DNA from: Macrostomum lignano
Lineage: Eukaryota
Length of the DNA: 40,433 nucleotides
NCBI GenBank assembly: GCA_002269645.1
Contig: NIVC01004617.1
Span: 1-40,433, forward strand
Direction of reading: 5' to 3'
The position numbers and the translations under genes are program-made. A model generated the notes under the pieces. That model made no database searches. It was not told the origin of the DNA and was given only the letters and a program-made list of their open reading frames with translations. This document shows positions 24,740 through 38,515 of this stretch, one piece after another. Every line of letters begins with the position of its first letter. Position 1 is the stretch's first letter.

Positions 24740-25270
24740 CCTAGATACCTCTCAATCTCCCTCATGGGCCTCTTAATCTCCCCCATCTACCTCTTAATCT
24801 ACCTAATATGCCTCTCAATCTCTTTCATGTACCTCTCGATCTCCCCTATCTGCCTATCGATCTCCCCATCTGCTTTTCAATCTCCTGAATTCACCTCTCA
24901 ATCTTCCCAATCTACCTCTCAATATCTCCCTTATCTACCTTTCAATCTCCCCTATCTACCTCTCAGTCTGCTCTTTGTACCTCTCCGTCTCCCCTATCTA
25001 CCTCAATCTCCTCTATCTACCTCTGAATCTCCTCTGTCTACCTCTCAATATCCCCATCACCTCTCAAATCTCCCCTATCTACCTCTCAATCTCCCCTATC
25101 TACCTCTCAATCTGCTCTATCTACCTCTTAATCTCTTCCTTATCTACTTTTCAAACTCTCCTAGCTACCTTTCAATCTCCCCTAGCTACCTCTCAGTCTC
25201 GCTTATCTACCTTTCAATCTCTCCCCCATCTACATCTTAATCTCTCCCTTATCTACCTTCCGATTTTCCT
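24740..25270 (+). repeat. Degenerate pyrimidine-rich minisatellite (~22-bp period)
   Basis: Recurrent TCTACCTCTCAATCTCCCCTA. Confidence 0.8.
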
Positions 25271-25886
25271 CTATCTCTTCTATCGATTTCCTCTCAATCC
25301 ACTCCCCCTGCTTCCCCTGCTCCCCCTGTCTACTCCCCAGCTGAACAGATCAGCCGCTCCATCTCACCTCTCCCGCCAGGCCGGCAGCTGCTGTCTGTGT
25401 CATAAGCGTGACTTGAGATTAACCTGACTAATAACCTCACTCCCGTGCCAGCATCTGCTTTTCTTGGTTACACAAACTTCAACTTGAATTCCTTTTGAAT
25501 AGGGAGATCCATTTTCGCCTACCTTGGAGTCCTCCATCTCGCGGAGGCTGAACCCGGCGTGAACTGCAAACCCTTGTCTGTTTTGCATTTTCCTCCCTAT
25601 CTCACTTCTCTGCAGGGCATCGATTGATTTCTTACCGCCCCACAAAAAGGTGTGGAGCTCTCAAGATGCTTTTAAAGATGAAGAACAATAGGGCACAAGA
25701 TGCTGGGGCGAATGAAGGGTTTGGGACTGCTGCGGCGGCCTGTCTTGCCCGGCTTCAAGAAGCAGAAAGACGCATATTGATGCTTTGTGTGGCAACCTGT
25801 GTCGGGCCCAAAACACTGAGAGGAATGGGAGAGAGGGAGAGAAGCAGACAGTTGTGTAGCTTGAGAGGGAAAGTGAGTGAGAAAGG

Positions 25887-26854
25887 GAGTGAGTGAGTGA
25901 GTGAGTGAGTGAGTGAGTGAGTGAGTAAGTGAGTGAGTGAGTGAGTGAGTGAGTAAGTGAGTGAGTGAGTGAGTGAGTGAGTGAGTAAGTGAGTGAGTGA
26001 GTGAGTGAGTAAGTGAGTGAGTGAGTGAGTGAGTGAGTGAGTGAGTGAGTGAGTGAGTGAGTGAGTGAGTGAGTGAGTGAGTGAGTAAGTGAGTGAGTGA
26101 GTGAGTGAGTGAGTGAGTGAGTGAGTGAGTGAGTGAGTGAGTGAGTGAGTGAGTGAGTGAGTGAGTGAGTGAGTGAGTGAGTGAGTGAGTGAGCTCATAA
26201 GTGAGTGAGTGAGTGAGTGAGTGAGTGAGTGAGTGAGTGAGTGAGTGAGTGAGTGAGTGAGTGAGTGAGTGAGTGAGTGAGTGAGTGAGTGAGTGAGTGA
26301 GTGAGTGAGTGAGTGAGTGAGTGAGCTCATAAGTGAGTGAGTGAGTGAGTGAGTGAGTGAGTGAGTGAGTGAGTGAGTGAGTGAGTGAGCTCATGAGTGA
26401 GTGAGTGAGTGAGCTCATGAGTGAGTGAGTGAGTGAGCTCATGAGTGAGTGAGTGAGTGAGTGAGTGAGTGAGTGAGTGAGTGAGTGAGTGAGCTCATGA
26501 GTGAGTGAGCTTATGAGTGAGTGAGTGAGTGAGTGAGTGAGTGAGTGAGTGAGCGAGTGAGTGAGTGAGTGAGTGAGTGAGCTCATGAGTGAGTGAGTGA
26601 GTGAGTGAGTGAGTGAGCTCATGAGTGAGTGAGTGAGTGAGTGAGTGAGTGAGTGAGTGAGTGAGTGAGTGAGTGAGTGAGTGAGTGAGTGAGCTCATGA
26701 GTGAGTGAGTGAGTGAGTGAGTGAGTGAGTGAGTGAGTGAGTGAGTGAGTGAGTGAGTGAGTGAGCTCATGAGTGAGTGAGTGAGTGAGTGAGTGAGTGA
26801 GTGAGTGAGTGAGTGAGTGAGTGAGTGAGTGAGTGAGTGAGTGAGTGAGTGAGT
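25887..26854 (+). repeat. (GAGT)n microsatellite with GTAAGT and GAGCTCAT variants
   Basis: ~240 tetramer copies. Confidence 0.98.
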
Positions 26855-27669
26855 GGGGACTCAGGTGCACTAGTGGAGCCTCACATTCACAGCCCAGTAT
26901 GTTTGACAACCGGGGCGCCGCCGAGTCGGGGGATGAGGGCTGGCGAGTCTGGCTACAGTCTAGAAAATTAATTCGATGTTAGCAACCGCGGCGCCGCCCC
27001 GCCACCCCTCCGGACTCGAAGCCACAGCCCAGGGCGGCCTTTTGCACCTTCATGGCTGGCCGGCTGTAATCAAGAGGGCCGAGAGTGTTAATAATGCGGC
27101 CTTGTCCGCCCCTGCCTGCTCACTTGCCCGCCACCCCGCACGCCTCAGTTAGCCGCTGGTCTGCTCATCTCCCTTATCTTCTCCACACGCTCAACTCGCT
27201 GGCTTAAGGATGGGAGAGGGGGAAGGGCGATGGGAAATCTCCGTCAAAACCAAATCCTCAACCCCCCACTACTACTACTGGCGTAATCTTCGACAATAAT
27301 TGGGAGGGCCAGTCAGTGTGGCGTCCCCAACCCGCCCGCCTCCCCGAGCTCCCGAGATGCCTTTTTTGCTTTTCCCCGCTGCCTCTGCGTGATTAAATGA
27401 TTCCCATAGAAAGACGCAGTTTCCGGCTGTGCGGTTGGCCTCTTCAAGATCCCGCACTCAAGATGATGGGATCCAATATCTGTGTCCATTCATCTGACTC
27501 GCTGTCAACTTGTCATTGATTGCATTATCATGCTTTCATCATCACTTTCGGAGGCTAGGAGATTATTTTCTCTGCTAGTGGGTTCAAAAGATTTCACTTC
27601 ACAATATCTGTGGACAGTTTCAGAGCCTGCTTTGTTTCCTACTTTTCTGTGTGAGACTGTGAGACTGCT

Positions 27670-28392
<723 letters not shown>

Positions 28393-28415
28393 TGTGTGGA
28401 CCAACCCCCCAACAG

Positions 28416-28531
28416 GCACCAGCTGGTGTCCACCCTGCGCATATCGCGCATCCTGGAACGCGACTCCGGAAATTACACCTGCAGAGCGGAGAACAATCAC
28501 GGATCAATTCAGAAATGGGTCTTTGTGGACG
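28416..28531 (+). CDS. Neuregulin-like protein: Ig I-set domain, second exon
   Basis: Acceptor CCCCCCAACAG|G completes CAG. Encodes HQLVSTLRISRILERDSGNYTCRAENNHGSIQKWVFVD, with the L-x-I...D-x-G-x-Y-x-C motif. Donor G|GTAAGT, phase 1. Confidence 0.92.
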
Positions 28532-28964
28532 GTAAGTTTCTCCCTCAGTTACGTATTTATTGGCAGTTTCATTGGACGAATCTGCCCCGCAGTGAGCATG
28601 AAATCCATTATCATAATCACATCGCTTAGATAAGATGATGAAGGCTGATTAAACCTAGGCCAGGGCTGTAAATTACTGAGCACGAAATATAGAAATAATT
28701 TATGGCGAGCTTCCACCCCCGCTTTGTCGCGCAGTCTCATTACAAATTAATTTCTAAGAGCCCGGATCGCTGGTAGCAGTAGCCAGTGCACTGAGTAGGG
28801 ATATATCAATTATTATTTTCACTTTATCAACTGGTTCGCTGATGAGGCGCGGCTGGGGAGACACAGATGGGCCAGCAACTTTTATCAAGGATAGGAGCGT
28901 ATGCATACAGACAGCAGAGCAGTGCTGCCAAGTTTGGAGCGGAGAGTAAGCAGTTAAGAGAGGA

Positions 28965-31862
28965 GATTAGTTTGGGGAGAAAGGAGGATAGTTTGGGGAG
29001 AAAGGAGATTAGTTTGGGGAGAAAGGAGATTAGTTTGGGGAGAAAGGAGATTAGTTTATGGAGAAAGGAGATTTTAGTTTATGGAGAAAGGAGATTAGTT
29101 TATGGAGAAAGGAGATTAGTTTGGGGAGAAAGGAGATTAGTTTAGCGAGAAAGGGGATTAGTTTGGGGAGAAAGGAGATTAGTTTGGGAAGAAAAGAGAT
29201 TAGTTTGGGGAGAAAGGAGATTAGTTTATGGAGAAAGGAGATTTTAGTTTATGGAGAAAGGAGATTTTAGTTTATGGAGAAAGGAGATTTTAGTTTATGG
29301 AGAAAGGAGATTTTAGTTTATGGAGAAAGGAGATTAGTTTATGGAGAAAGGAGATTTTAGTTTATGGAGAAAGGAGATTTTAGTTTATGGAGAAAGGAGA
29401 TTAGTTTATGGAGAAAGGAGATTAGTTTGGGGAGAAAGGAGATTAGTTTGGGGAGAAAGGAGATTAGTTTAGCGAGAAAGGAGATTTTAGTTTATGGAGA
29501 AAGGAGATTAGTTTATGGAGAAAGGAGATTTTAGTTTATGGAGAAAGGAGATTTTAGTTTATGGAGAAAGGAGATTAGTTTATGGAGAAAGGAGATTAGT
29601 TTGGGGAGAAAGGAGATTAGTTTAGCGAGAAAGGAGATTTTAGTTTATGGAGAAAGGAGATTTTAGTTTATGGAGAAAGGAGATTTTAGTTTATGGAGAA
29701 AGGAGATTTTAGTTTATGGAGAAAGGAGATTAGTTTAGGGAGAAAGGAGATTAGTTTATGGAGAAAGGAGATTAGTTTATGGAGAAAGGAGATTTTAGTT
29801 TATGGAGAAAGGAGATTAGTTTGGGGAGAAAAGAGATTAGTTTAGCGAGAAAGGAGATTTTAGTTTATGGAGAAAGGAGATTAGTTTATGGAGAAAGGAG
29901 ATTTTAGTTTATGGAGAAAGGAGATTAGTTTATGGAGAAAGGAGATTAGTTTGGGGAGAAAGGAGATTAGTTTAGCGAGAAAGGGGATTAGTTTGGGGAG
30001 AAAGGAGATTAGTTTGGGAAGAAAAGAGATTAGTTTGGGGAGAAAGGAGATTAGTTTATGGAGAAAGGAGATTTTAGTTTATGGAGAAAGGAGATTTTAG
30101 TTTATGGAGAAAGGAGATTTTAGTTTATGGAGAAAGGAGATTTTAGTTTATGGAGAAAGGAGATTAGTTTAGGGAGAAAGGAGATTAGTTTATGGAGAAA
30201 GGAGATTAGTTTATGGAGAAAGGAGATTTTAGTTTATGGAGAAAGGAGATTAGTTTGGGGAGAAAAGAGATTAGTTTAGCGAGAAAGGAGATTTTAGTTT
30301 ATGGAGAAAGGAGATTAGTTTATGGAGAAAGGAGATTTTAGTTTATGGAGAAAGGAGATTAGTTTATGGAGAAAGGAGATTAGTTTAGGGAGAAAGGAGA
30401 TTAGTTTATGGAGAAAGGAGATTAGTTTATGGAGAAAGGAGATTTTAGTTTATGGAGAAAGGAGATTAGTTTATGGAGAAAGGAGATTAGTTTGGGGAGA
30501 AAGGAGATTAGTTTAGCGAGAAAGGGGATTAGTTTGGGGAGAAAGGAGATTAGTTTGGGGAGAAAAGAGATTAGTTTGGGGAGAAAGGAGATTAGTTTAT
30601 GGAGAAAGGAGATTTTAGTTTATGGAGAAAGGAGATTTTAGTTTATGGAGAAAGGAGATTTTAGTTTATGGAGAAAGGAGATTTTAGTTTATGGAGAAAG
30701 GAGATTTTAGTTTATGGAGAAAGGAGATTAGTTTATGGAGAAAGGAGATTAGTTTGGGGAGAAAGGAGATTAGTTTAGCGAGAAAGGAGATTTTAGTTTA
30801 TGGAGAAAGGAGATTTTAGTTTATGGAGAAAGGAGATTAGTTTAGGGAGAAAGGAGATTAGTTTATGGAGAAAGGAGATTAGTTTATGGAGAAAGGAGAT
30901 TTTAGTTTATGGAGAAAGGAGATTAGTTTGGGGAGAAAAGAGATTAGTTTAGCGAGAAAGGAGATTTTAGTTTATGGAGAAAGGAGATTAGTTTATGGAG
31001 AAAGGAGATTTTAGTTTATGGAGAAAGGAGATTAGTTTATGGAGAAAGGAGATTAGTTTATGGAAAAAGGAGATTTTAGTTTATGGAGAAAGGAGATTAG
31101 TTTATGGAGAAAGGAGATTTTAGTTTATGGAGAAAGGAGATTTTAGTTTATGGAGAAAGGAGATTAGTTTATGGAGAAAGGAGATTAGTTTAGGGAGAAA
31201 GGAGATTAGTTTATGGAGAAAGGAGATTAGTTTATGGAGAAAGGAGATTTTAGTTTATGGAGAAAGGAGATTAGTTTGGGGAGAAAGGAGATTAGTTTAT
31301 GGAGAAAGGAGATTTTAGTTTATGGAGAAAGGAGATTAGTTTATGGAGAAAGGAGATTTTAGTTTATGGAGAAAGGAGATTTTAGTTTATGGAGAAAGGA
31401 GATTTTAGTTTATGGAGAAAGGAGATTAGTTTAGGGAGAAAGGAGATTAGTTTAGGGAGAAAGGAGATTAGTTTAGGGAGAAAGGAGATTAGTTTGGGGA
31501 GAAAGGAGATTAGTTTATGGAGAAAGGAGATTAGTTTATGGAGAAAGGAGATTAGTTTATGGAGAAAGTAGATTAGTTTATGGAGAAAGGAGATTAGTTT
31601 ATGGAGAAAGGAGATTAGTTTGGGGAGAAAGGAGATTAGTTTGGGGAGAAAGGAGATTAGTTTAGGGAGAAAGGAGATTAGTTTGGGGAGAAAGGAGATT
31701 AGTTTAGGGAGAAAGGAGATTAGTTTGGGGAGAAAGGAGATTAGTTTGGGGAGAAAGGAGATTAGTTTAGGGAGAAAGGAGATTCGTTTGGGGAGAAAGG
31801 AGATTAGTTTATGGAGAAAGGAGATTAGTTTATGGAGAAAGGAGATTAGTTTGGGGAGAAAG
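28965..31862 (+). repeat. 21/23-bp purine-rich satellite (~130 copies) with higher-order duplications
   Basis: Unit GGAGAAAGGAGATT(TT)AGTTT(AT/GG/AG). The same 70-aa translation recurs at 29058, 29888 and 30429. Confidence 0.97.
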
Positions 31863-32375
31863 GAGAGTAGGTGGATGAGATAGGAGAGTGGGTGGGGGGA
31901 GAGGAGAGTCGTTGGGAGAGAGATAGGAGAGTAGGTGGGTGAGATTGGAGAGTAGGTGGGTGAGATTGGAGAGTAGGTGGGTGAGATTGGAGAGTAGATG
32001 GGTGAGATAGGAGAGTAGGCGGATGAGATAGGAGAGTAGATGGGTGAGATAGGAGAGTAGGTGGGTGAGATAGGAGAGTAGGTGGGTGAGATAGGAGAGT
32101 AGGTTTGTGAGATAGGAGAGTAGGTGGGTGAGATAGGAGAGTAGGTGGGTGAGATAGGAGAGTAGGTGGGTGAGATAGGAGAGTAGGTGGGTGAGATAGG
32201 AGAGTAGGTGGGTGAGATAGGAGAGTAGGTGGGTGAGATAGGAGAGTAGGTGGGTGAGATAGGAGAGTAGGTTTGTGAGATAGGAGAGTAGGTGGGTGAG
32301 ATAGGAGAGTAGGTGGGTGAGATAGGAGAGTAGGTGGGTGAGATAGGAGAGTAGGTGGGTGAGATAGGAGAGTGA
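31862..32375 (+). repeat. 21-bp minisatellite (~22 clean copies; minus strand reads YSPISPT heptads)
   Basis: Unit GGTGGGTGAGATAGGAGAGTA. Confidence 0.96.
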
Positions 32376-32756
32376 GCAGGAGACAGATGAACCGGGGCAG
32401 ACAGCGGGGAGAAACCTGGTGAACTGGAAACCGAGATTCGCTGATACAAGCGCAGGTGTCTGGTAGCTCACAGTGCTGCATCGCACGCAAATCCAGCATC
32501 TTTTCAGTGATTAAATCTTCGCTGATTTGCCCATTTCTAGCAGAAGAGTTCGTTTGACGGGGTTCGCACGAGTGCAGTGTTTCACTGATCTACGGCAAAG
32601 ATAAAAAAATCGCTGCTTTTGACAGGTTCTTTTGAAATTGGGAAATTTATATGCGCGAATAAAATCTCTGAATGCTATAAAATCTGCAATCGTGAATGTC
32701 CATTGGAGGGCCAGATCAATGCTCACGGATTTTAAAGATGTCTGGCTTTGATCTGT

Positions 32757-33070
32757 GAAATGAGACAGCGGAAATGAGACAGCGGAAATGAGACAGCGGA
32801 AATGAGACAGCGGAAATGAGACAGCGGAAATGAGACAGCGGAAATGAGACAGTGGAAATGAGACAGCGGAAATGAGACAGCGGAAATGAGACAGCGGAAA
32901 TGAGACAGCGGAAATGAGACAGCGGAAATGAGACAGTGGACATGAGACAGCGGAAATGAGACAGCGGAAATGAGTAAGCGGAAATGAGACAGCGGAAATG
33001 AGACAGCGGAAATGAGACAGCGGAAATGGGACAGTGGAAATGAGACAGCGGAAATGAGACAGTGGAAACA
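32757..33070 (+). repeat. 14-bp minisatellite (~22 copies)
   Basis: Unit GAAATGAGACAG(C/T)G. Confidence 0.96.
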
Positions 33071-33089
33071 TGAGCACTTAAGCCTGCAG

Positions 33090-33203
33090 CTCATCAATTT
33101 CTCACTCGAAGCCGCTCACCCACCCGCACCGCCGATTCAGTTCAACCTCAGGAGCCGAAGCCCTCGCCGCCAGCCGTGACGCCCCTGCCAGCGGAGTGGC
33201 GAA
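33090..33203 (+). CDS. Neuregulin-like protein: Pro/Ser/Thr-rich spacer exon between Ig and EGF
   Basis: Acceptor CCTGCAG|, donor A|GTGAGT, 114 nt, phase 1-1. Encodes AHQFLTRSRSPTRTADSVQPQEPKPSPPAVTPLPAEWR. Confidence 0.75.
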
Positions 33204-33254
33204 GTGAGTCCGGCTGCCTTGGTCAGCCTGCTGGGGTGCTCAACCTAGGAAGGA

Positions 33255-34330
33255 AGAGAGTCACAGAGAGATCTGTGTCCCAATCTCACTGAGAGTCACA
33301 GAGAGATCTGTGTCCCAATCTCACTGAGAGTCATAGAGAGATCTGTGTCCCAATCTCACTGAGAGTCACAGAGAGATCTGTGTCCTCAATCTCACTGAGA
33401 GTCACAGAGAGATCTGTGTCCTCAATCTCACTGAGAGTCATAGAGAGATCTGTGTCCCAATCTCACTGAGAGTCACAGAGAGATCTGTGTCCTCAATCTC
33501 ACTGAGAGTCATAGAGAGATCTGTGTCCCAATCTCACTGAGAGTCACAGAGAGATCTGTGTCCTCAATCTCACTGAGAGTCATAGAGATATCTGTGTCCC
33601 AATCTCACTGAGAGTCATAGAGAGATCTGTGTCCTCAATCTCACTGAGAGTCACAGAGAGATCTGTGTCCTCAATCTCACTGAGAGTCATAGAGAGATCT
33701 GTGTCCTCAATCTCACTGAGAGTCATAGAGAGATCTGTGTCCTCAATCTCACTGAGAGTCATAGAGAGATCTGTGTCCTCAATCTCACTGAGAGTCATAG
33801 AGAGATCTGTGTCCTCAATCTCACTGAGAGTCACAGAGAGATCTGTGTCCCAATCTTACTGAGAGTCACAGAGAGATCTGTGTCCTCAATCTCACTGAGA
33901 GTCATAGAGAGATCTGTGTCCCAATCTCACTGAGAGTCACAGAGAGATCTGTGTCCTCAATCTCACTGAGAGTCATAGAGAGATCTGTGTCCCAATCTCA
34001 CTGAGAGTCACAGAGAGATCTGTGTCCTCAATCTCACTGAGAGTCATAGAGAGATCTGTGTCCTCAATCTCACTGAGAGTCACAGAGAGATCTGTGTCCT
34101 CAATCTCACTGAGAGTCATAGAGAGATCTGTGTCCCAATCTCACTGAGAGTCATAGAGAGATCTGTGTCCTCAATCTCACTGAGAGTCATAGAGAGATCT
34201 GTGTCCTCAATCTCACTGAGAGTCATAGAGAGATCTGTGTCCTCAAGCTCACTGAGAGTCATAGAGAGATCGATGACTCAAGCTCACTGAGAGTTATAGA
34301 GAGATCGATGACTCAAGCTCACTGAGAGTC
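33255..34330 (+). repeat. 35/36-bp minisatellite (~30 copies)
   Basis: Unit GAGAGTCA(C/T)AGAGAGATCTGTGTCC(C/TC)AATCTCACT. Confidence 0.96.
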
Positions 34331-34409
34331 ATAGAGAGATCGGTCATATGGACAGTTGGGTTCCACCAGTCAAGTGCACAAAAGTACATTACGTTATAAA
34401 TTTTCCCAG

Positions 34410-34488
34410 AGCCGTCCTGCCCAGCGTTCTACTGCCTAAACAACGGCACCTGCTCAAGGCAGTCCGTGAGCAGTCCGCCAGCCTGCAA
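34410..34488 (+). CDS. Neuregulin-like protein: EGF domain exon 1 (Cys1-Cys4)
   Basis: Acceptor TTTTCCCAG| (phase 1). Encodes KPSCPAFYCLNNGTCSRQSVSSPPAC. Donor AA|GTAAGT (phase 2) falls directly after Cys4. Confidence 0.88.
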
Positions 34489-34829
34489 GTAAGTTGTGTC
34501 TCTGCCTTTTTGCGCTAATATTATGCGCCAAACTCTATCGGTAAATGGATATCCTTGATGTTGAACTGATTTCAGCCCGCGAATTCCCTGGTAGATACAT
34601 ACTGGTATTTCCTATACGAGCTATGAGCAACTAAACGCCCGCTTAAGCCGACAAAAATTGTTTGAAGCAGCCGCCTGGTTGCCGGGGTAGTTTAAATATT
34701 AGCCCAGTGCGGTGCTCGGGAGGCCGCTAAACTGTCATCAAGAAGGAGCGGGATTGAGCTCATCTATTTATAGACGAGGTGAATCGAGAGTGATGCACCT
34801 AAAAATGGAGAGTGACCCAGAACAGGATC

Positions 34830-35820
34830 GAATTAGGAGTGACACACAACAGGAATTAGGAGTGACACAACAGGAATTAGGAGTGACACACAACAGGAAT
34901 TAGGAGTGACACAACAGGAATTAGGAGTGACACACAATAGGAATTAGGAGTGACACAACAGGAATTAGGAGTGACACACAATAGGAATTAGGAGTGACAC
35001 AACAGGAATTAGGAGTGACACACAATAGGAATTAGGAGTGACACAACAGGAATTAGGAGCGACACACAACAGGAATTAGGAGTGACACAACAGGAATTAA
35101 GAGTGACACACAACAGGACTGAAGGGTGACACAACAGGAATTGAAAGTGCATAACACACAACAGAATCGGTCGAGTGACACACAATAGGAATGGAGAGTG
35201 ACACACAATAAGAATGGAGAGTGACACACAACAATAATTAAGAGTGACACACAATAAGAATGGAGAGTGACACACAACAATAATTAAGAGTGACACACAA
35301 CAGGATAAGAATGACACACAGCAGGATAGGAGTGACACACCACAGGATAGGAGTGACACACAACAGGATCTAAGTGACACACAACAGGATTGGAGTGACA
35401 CACAGCAGGATCTAAGTGACACACAACAGGATCTAAGTGACACACAACAGGATTGGAGTGACACACAGCAGGATAGGAGTGACACACAGCAGGATAGGAG
35501 TGACACAATACAGGATAGGAGTGACACGAAGCTGGATAGGAGTGACACACCACAAGATAGGAGTGACACACAACAGGATCTAAGTGACACACAACAGGAT
35601 TGGAGTGACACACAGCAGGATCTAAGTGACACACAACAGGATCTAAGTGACACACAACAGGATTGGAGTGACACACAGCAGGATAGGAGTGACACACAGC
35701 AGGATAGGAGTGACACGATACAGGATAGGAGTGACACGAAGCTGGATAGGAGTGACACACCACAAGATAGGAGTGACACACCACAAATAGGAGTGACACA
35801 CCACAGGATAGGAGTGACAC
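34830..35820 (+). repeat. 21-23-bp minisatellite with subdomains and a ~180-bp internal block duplication
   Basis: Core GAGTGACAC(AC)AACAGGA(ATTAG/TAG/TCTA). The block near 35340-35520 is repeated near 35555-35740. Confidence 0.93.
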
Positions 35821-36353
35821 CCGCTGGCAGAAATCAGGCCTGCCACGCACAGCAGCGCCGCGCCCAAGCGAAGTGAATAACAACAAAAACCTGCAGTTGA
35901 AATCCGATCTAGTCAGCGAATCATCCCCCACGCATTGCCTGTTGCTGGGATCTGAGCGAGAGCCCGGCCGAAGCGTGGGATGAAAAGTGGGCAAATAATC
36001 CCTAGTAGGCTCGCATCCGGGGTGGGTATGGGATCGCTTAGCATCTCCCCCAATCCCCTCCCCTAGGCGGACAAAAGTGTTTCAGCAATATGATTTCTGC
36101 TGGCAGAGGGATAAGTCAGAATTCCTCAGCTGATGCGGCACTCCAGCCTGCCAAGCATTTCAGCCTCTCCCCAACATCTCCTCCAACTGATATTAGCTGC
36201 TCGCTGAGGCGGAGTCTGACTGCCGGAGCGGGCAGATTCCGATTCAATTGCCGTGATGGCGCCACCGGGCTCAGTCTCGGGGTGCGGGCCTATTTTCTCT
36301 CCGAGTCTGAGATAAGCAGAGCCGTGATTATCTGTAACGCAAGAATGAGTGGG

Positions 36354-37644
<1,291 letters not shown>

Positions 37645-38515
37645 CACACAGGTAGCCAGGCAGCCGCATCCAGGCCGGCAGTTCATAATTAACTGGCCAA
37701 TCCATCTGCAGTGACGTGCCATTTTCGCGCTGACCCCACCGCCTGCTCCGCTTTCACAGCTCCATCCCTCACCGCCGCCTCTCTTTTCTCTATCTCTTAA
37801 AGCCGCCCAAGGCCCATTGAAAACGCATCAGACTCCATCCTTCATCGCGGCCATCAGTATTTTCTATTTCTCATCGCTGCGCCTGCCGGCCGCACCTTTT
37901 GCCGTGCGCGCCTCTCCGCCGCACCAGGGGGGGGGGGGGGTTCGGCGATGGAGGGGCCGCGAACCGGCCGAGACTCTGTAAGAATGTTTTTTTAGGTCGC
38001 TAGGCCGCTGCCCGTCAGCTTGTTAGAGGAATTTTAGCCAGAGAAAAATCTTTTTGACATCCCCGGTTTTCTTCTGGCACGGGCCACATGTCTGCCCGCT
38101 CGCACAGGTCGTGATAGCCGCTGCGATGGTAAGACGACTCGCTGTTCCGCCCACAGTTTTCCAATACTGATGAAGCCTATCTGTTGATTTCTTAGAAAGA
38201 AAAATTTTAAATGTGTGCCAAAATCTAGAATCCAAGCATTTAGTTAGTTGAAAAATGCTGCCTGCTTAGAAATTTCAGAAAAAATAAATTTAAATTGGCG
38301 CCCAAGTGTCCAGAATTTGATTGAATTTCTTAAAACAAAATTCAAATTGATGCCGAATCAGAAATCCGAAAATTCTATTCTTTAGTTAATAAACAAACAT
38401 TCTAGGTGGAAAATAACTTCTTTAAAAATACTTGAGCCTAAAATTTACTATAAAATTCCTGAAAATAAAAATTCAAATTGGTGCCAAACATCTGAAACCG
38501 ACGCGTTTCCCCAAG

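Noticed and set aside
28965-31862. Interstitial telomeric repeat (TTAGGG inside some satellite units)
   Set aside because: Only isolated hexamers within a 21-bp unit variant, never tandem.
31382-32449. Annotating an RPB1/POLR2A gene
   Set aside because: No RPB1 catalytic sequence lies upstream on the minus strand in the window, there is no ATG, and there is no stop after the heptads. Kept only as a finding.
38089-38128. Alternative (alpha/beta-type) EGF C-terminal exon CLPARTGRDSRCD before a strong GTAAG donor
   Set aside because: Cys spacing is x10 rather than x8, and no AG acceptor of the required phase 2 exists in the open frame.
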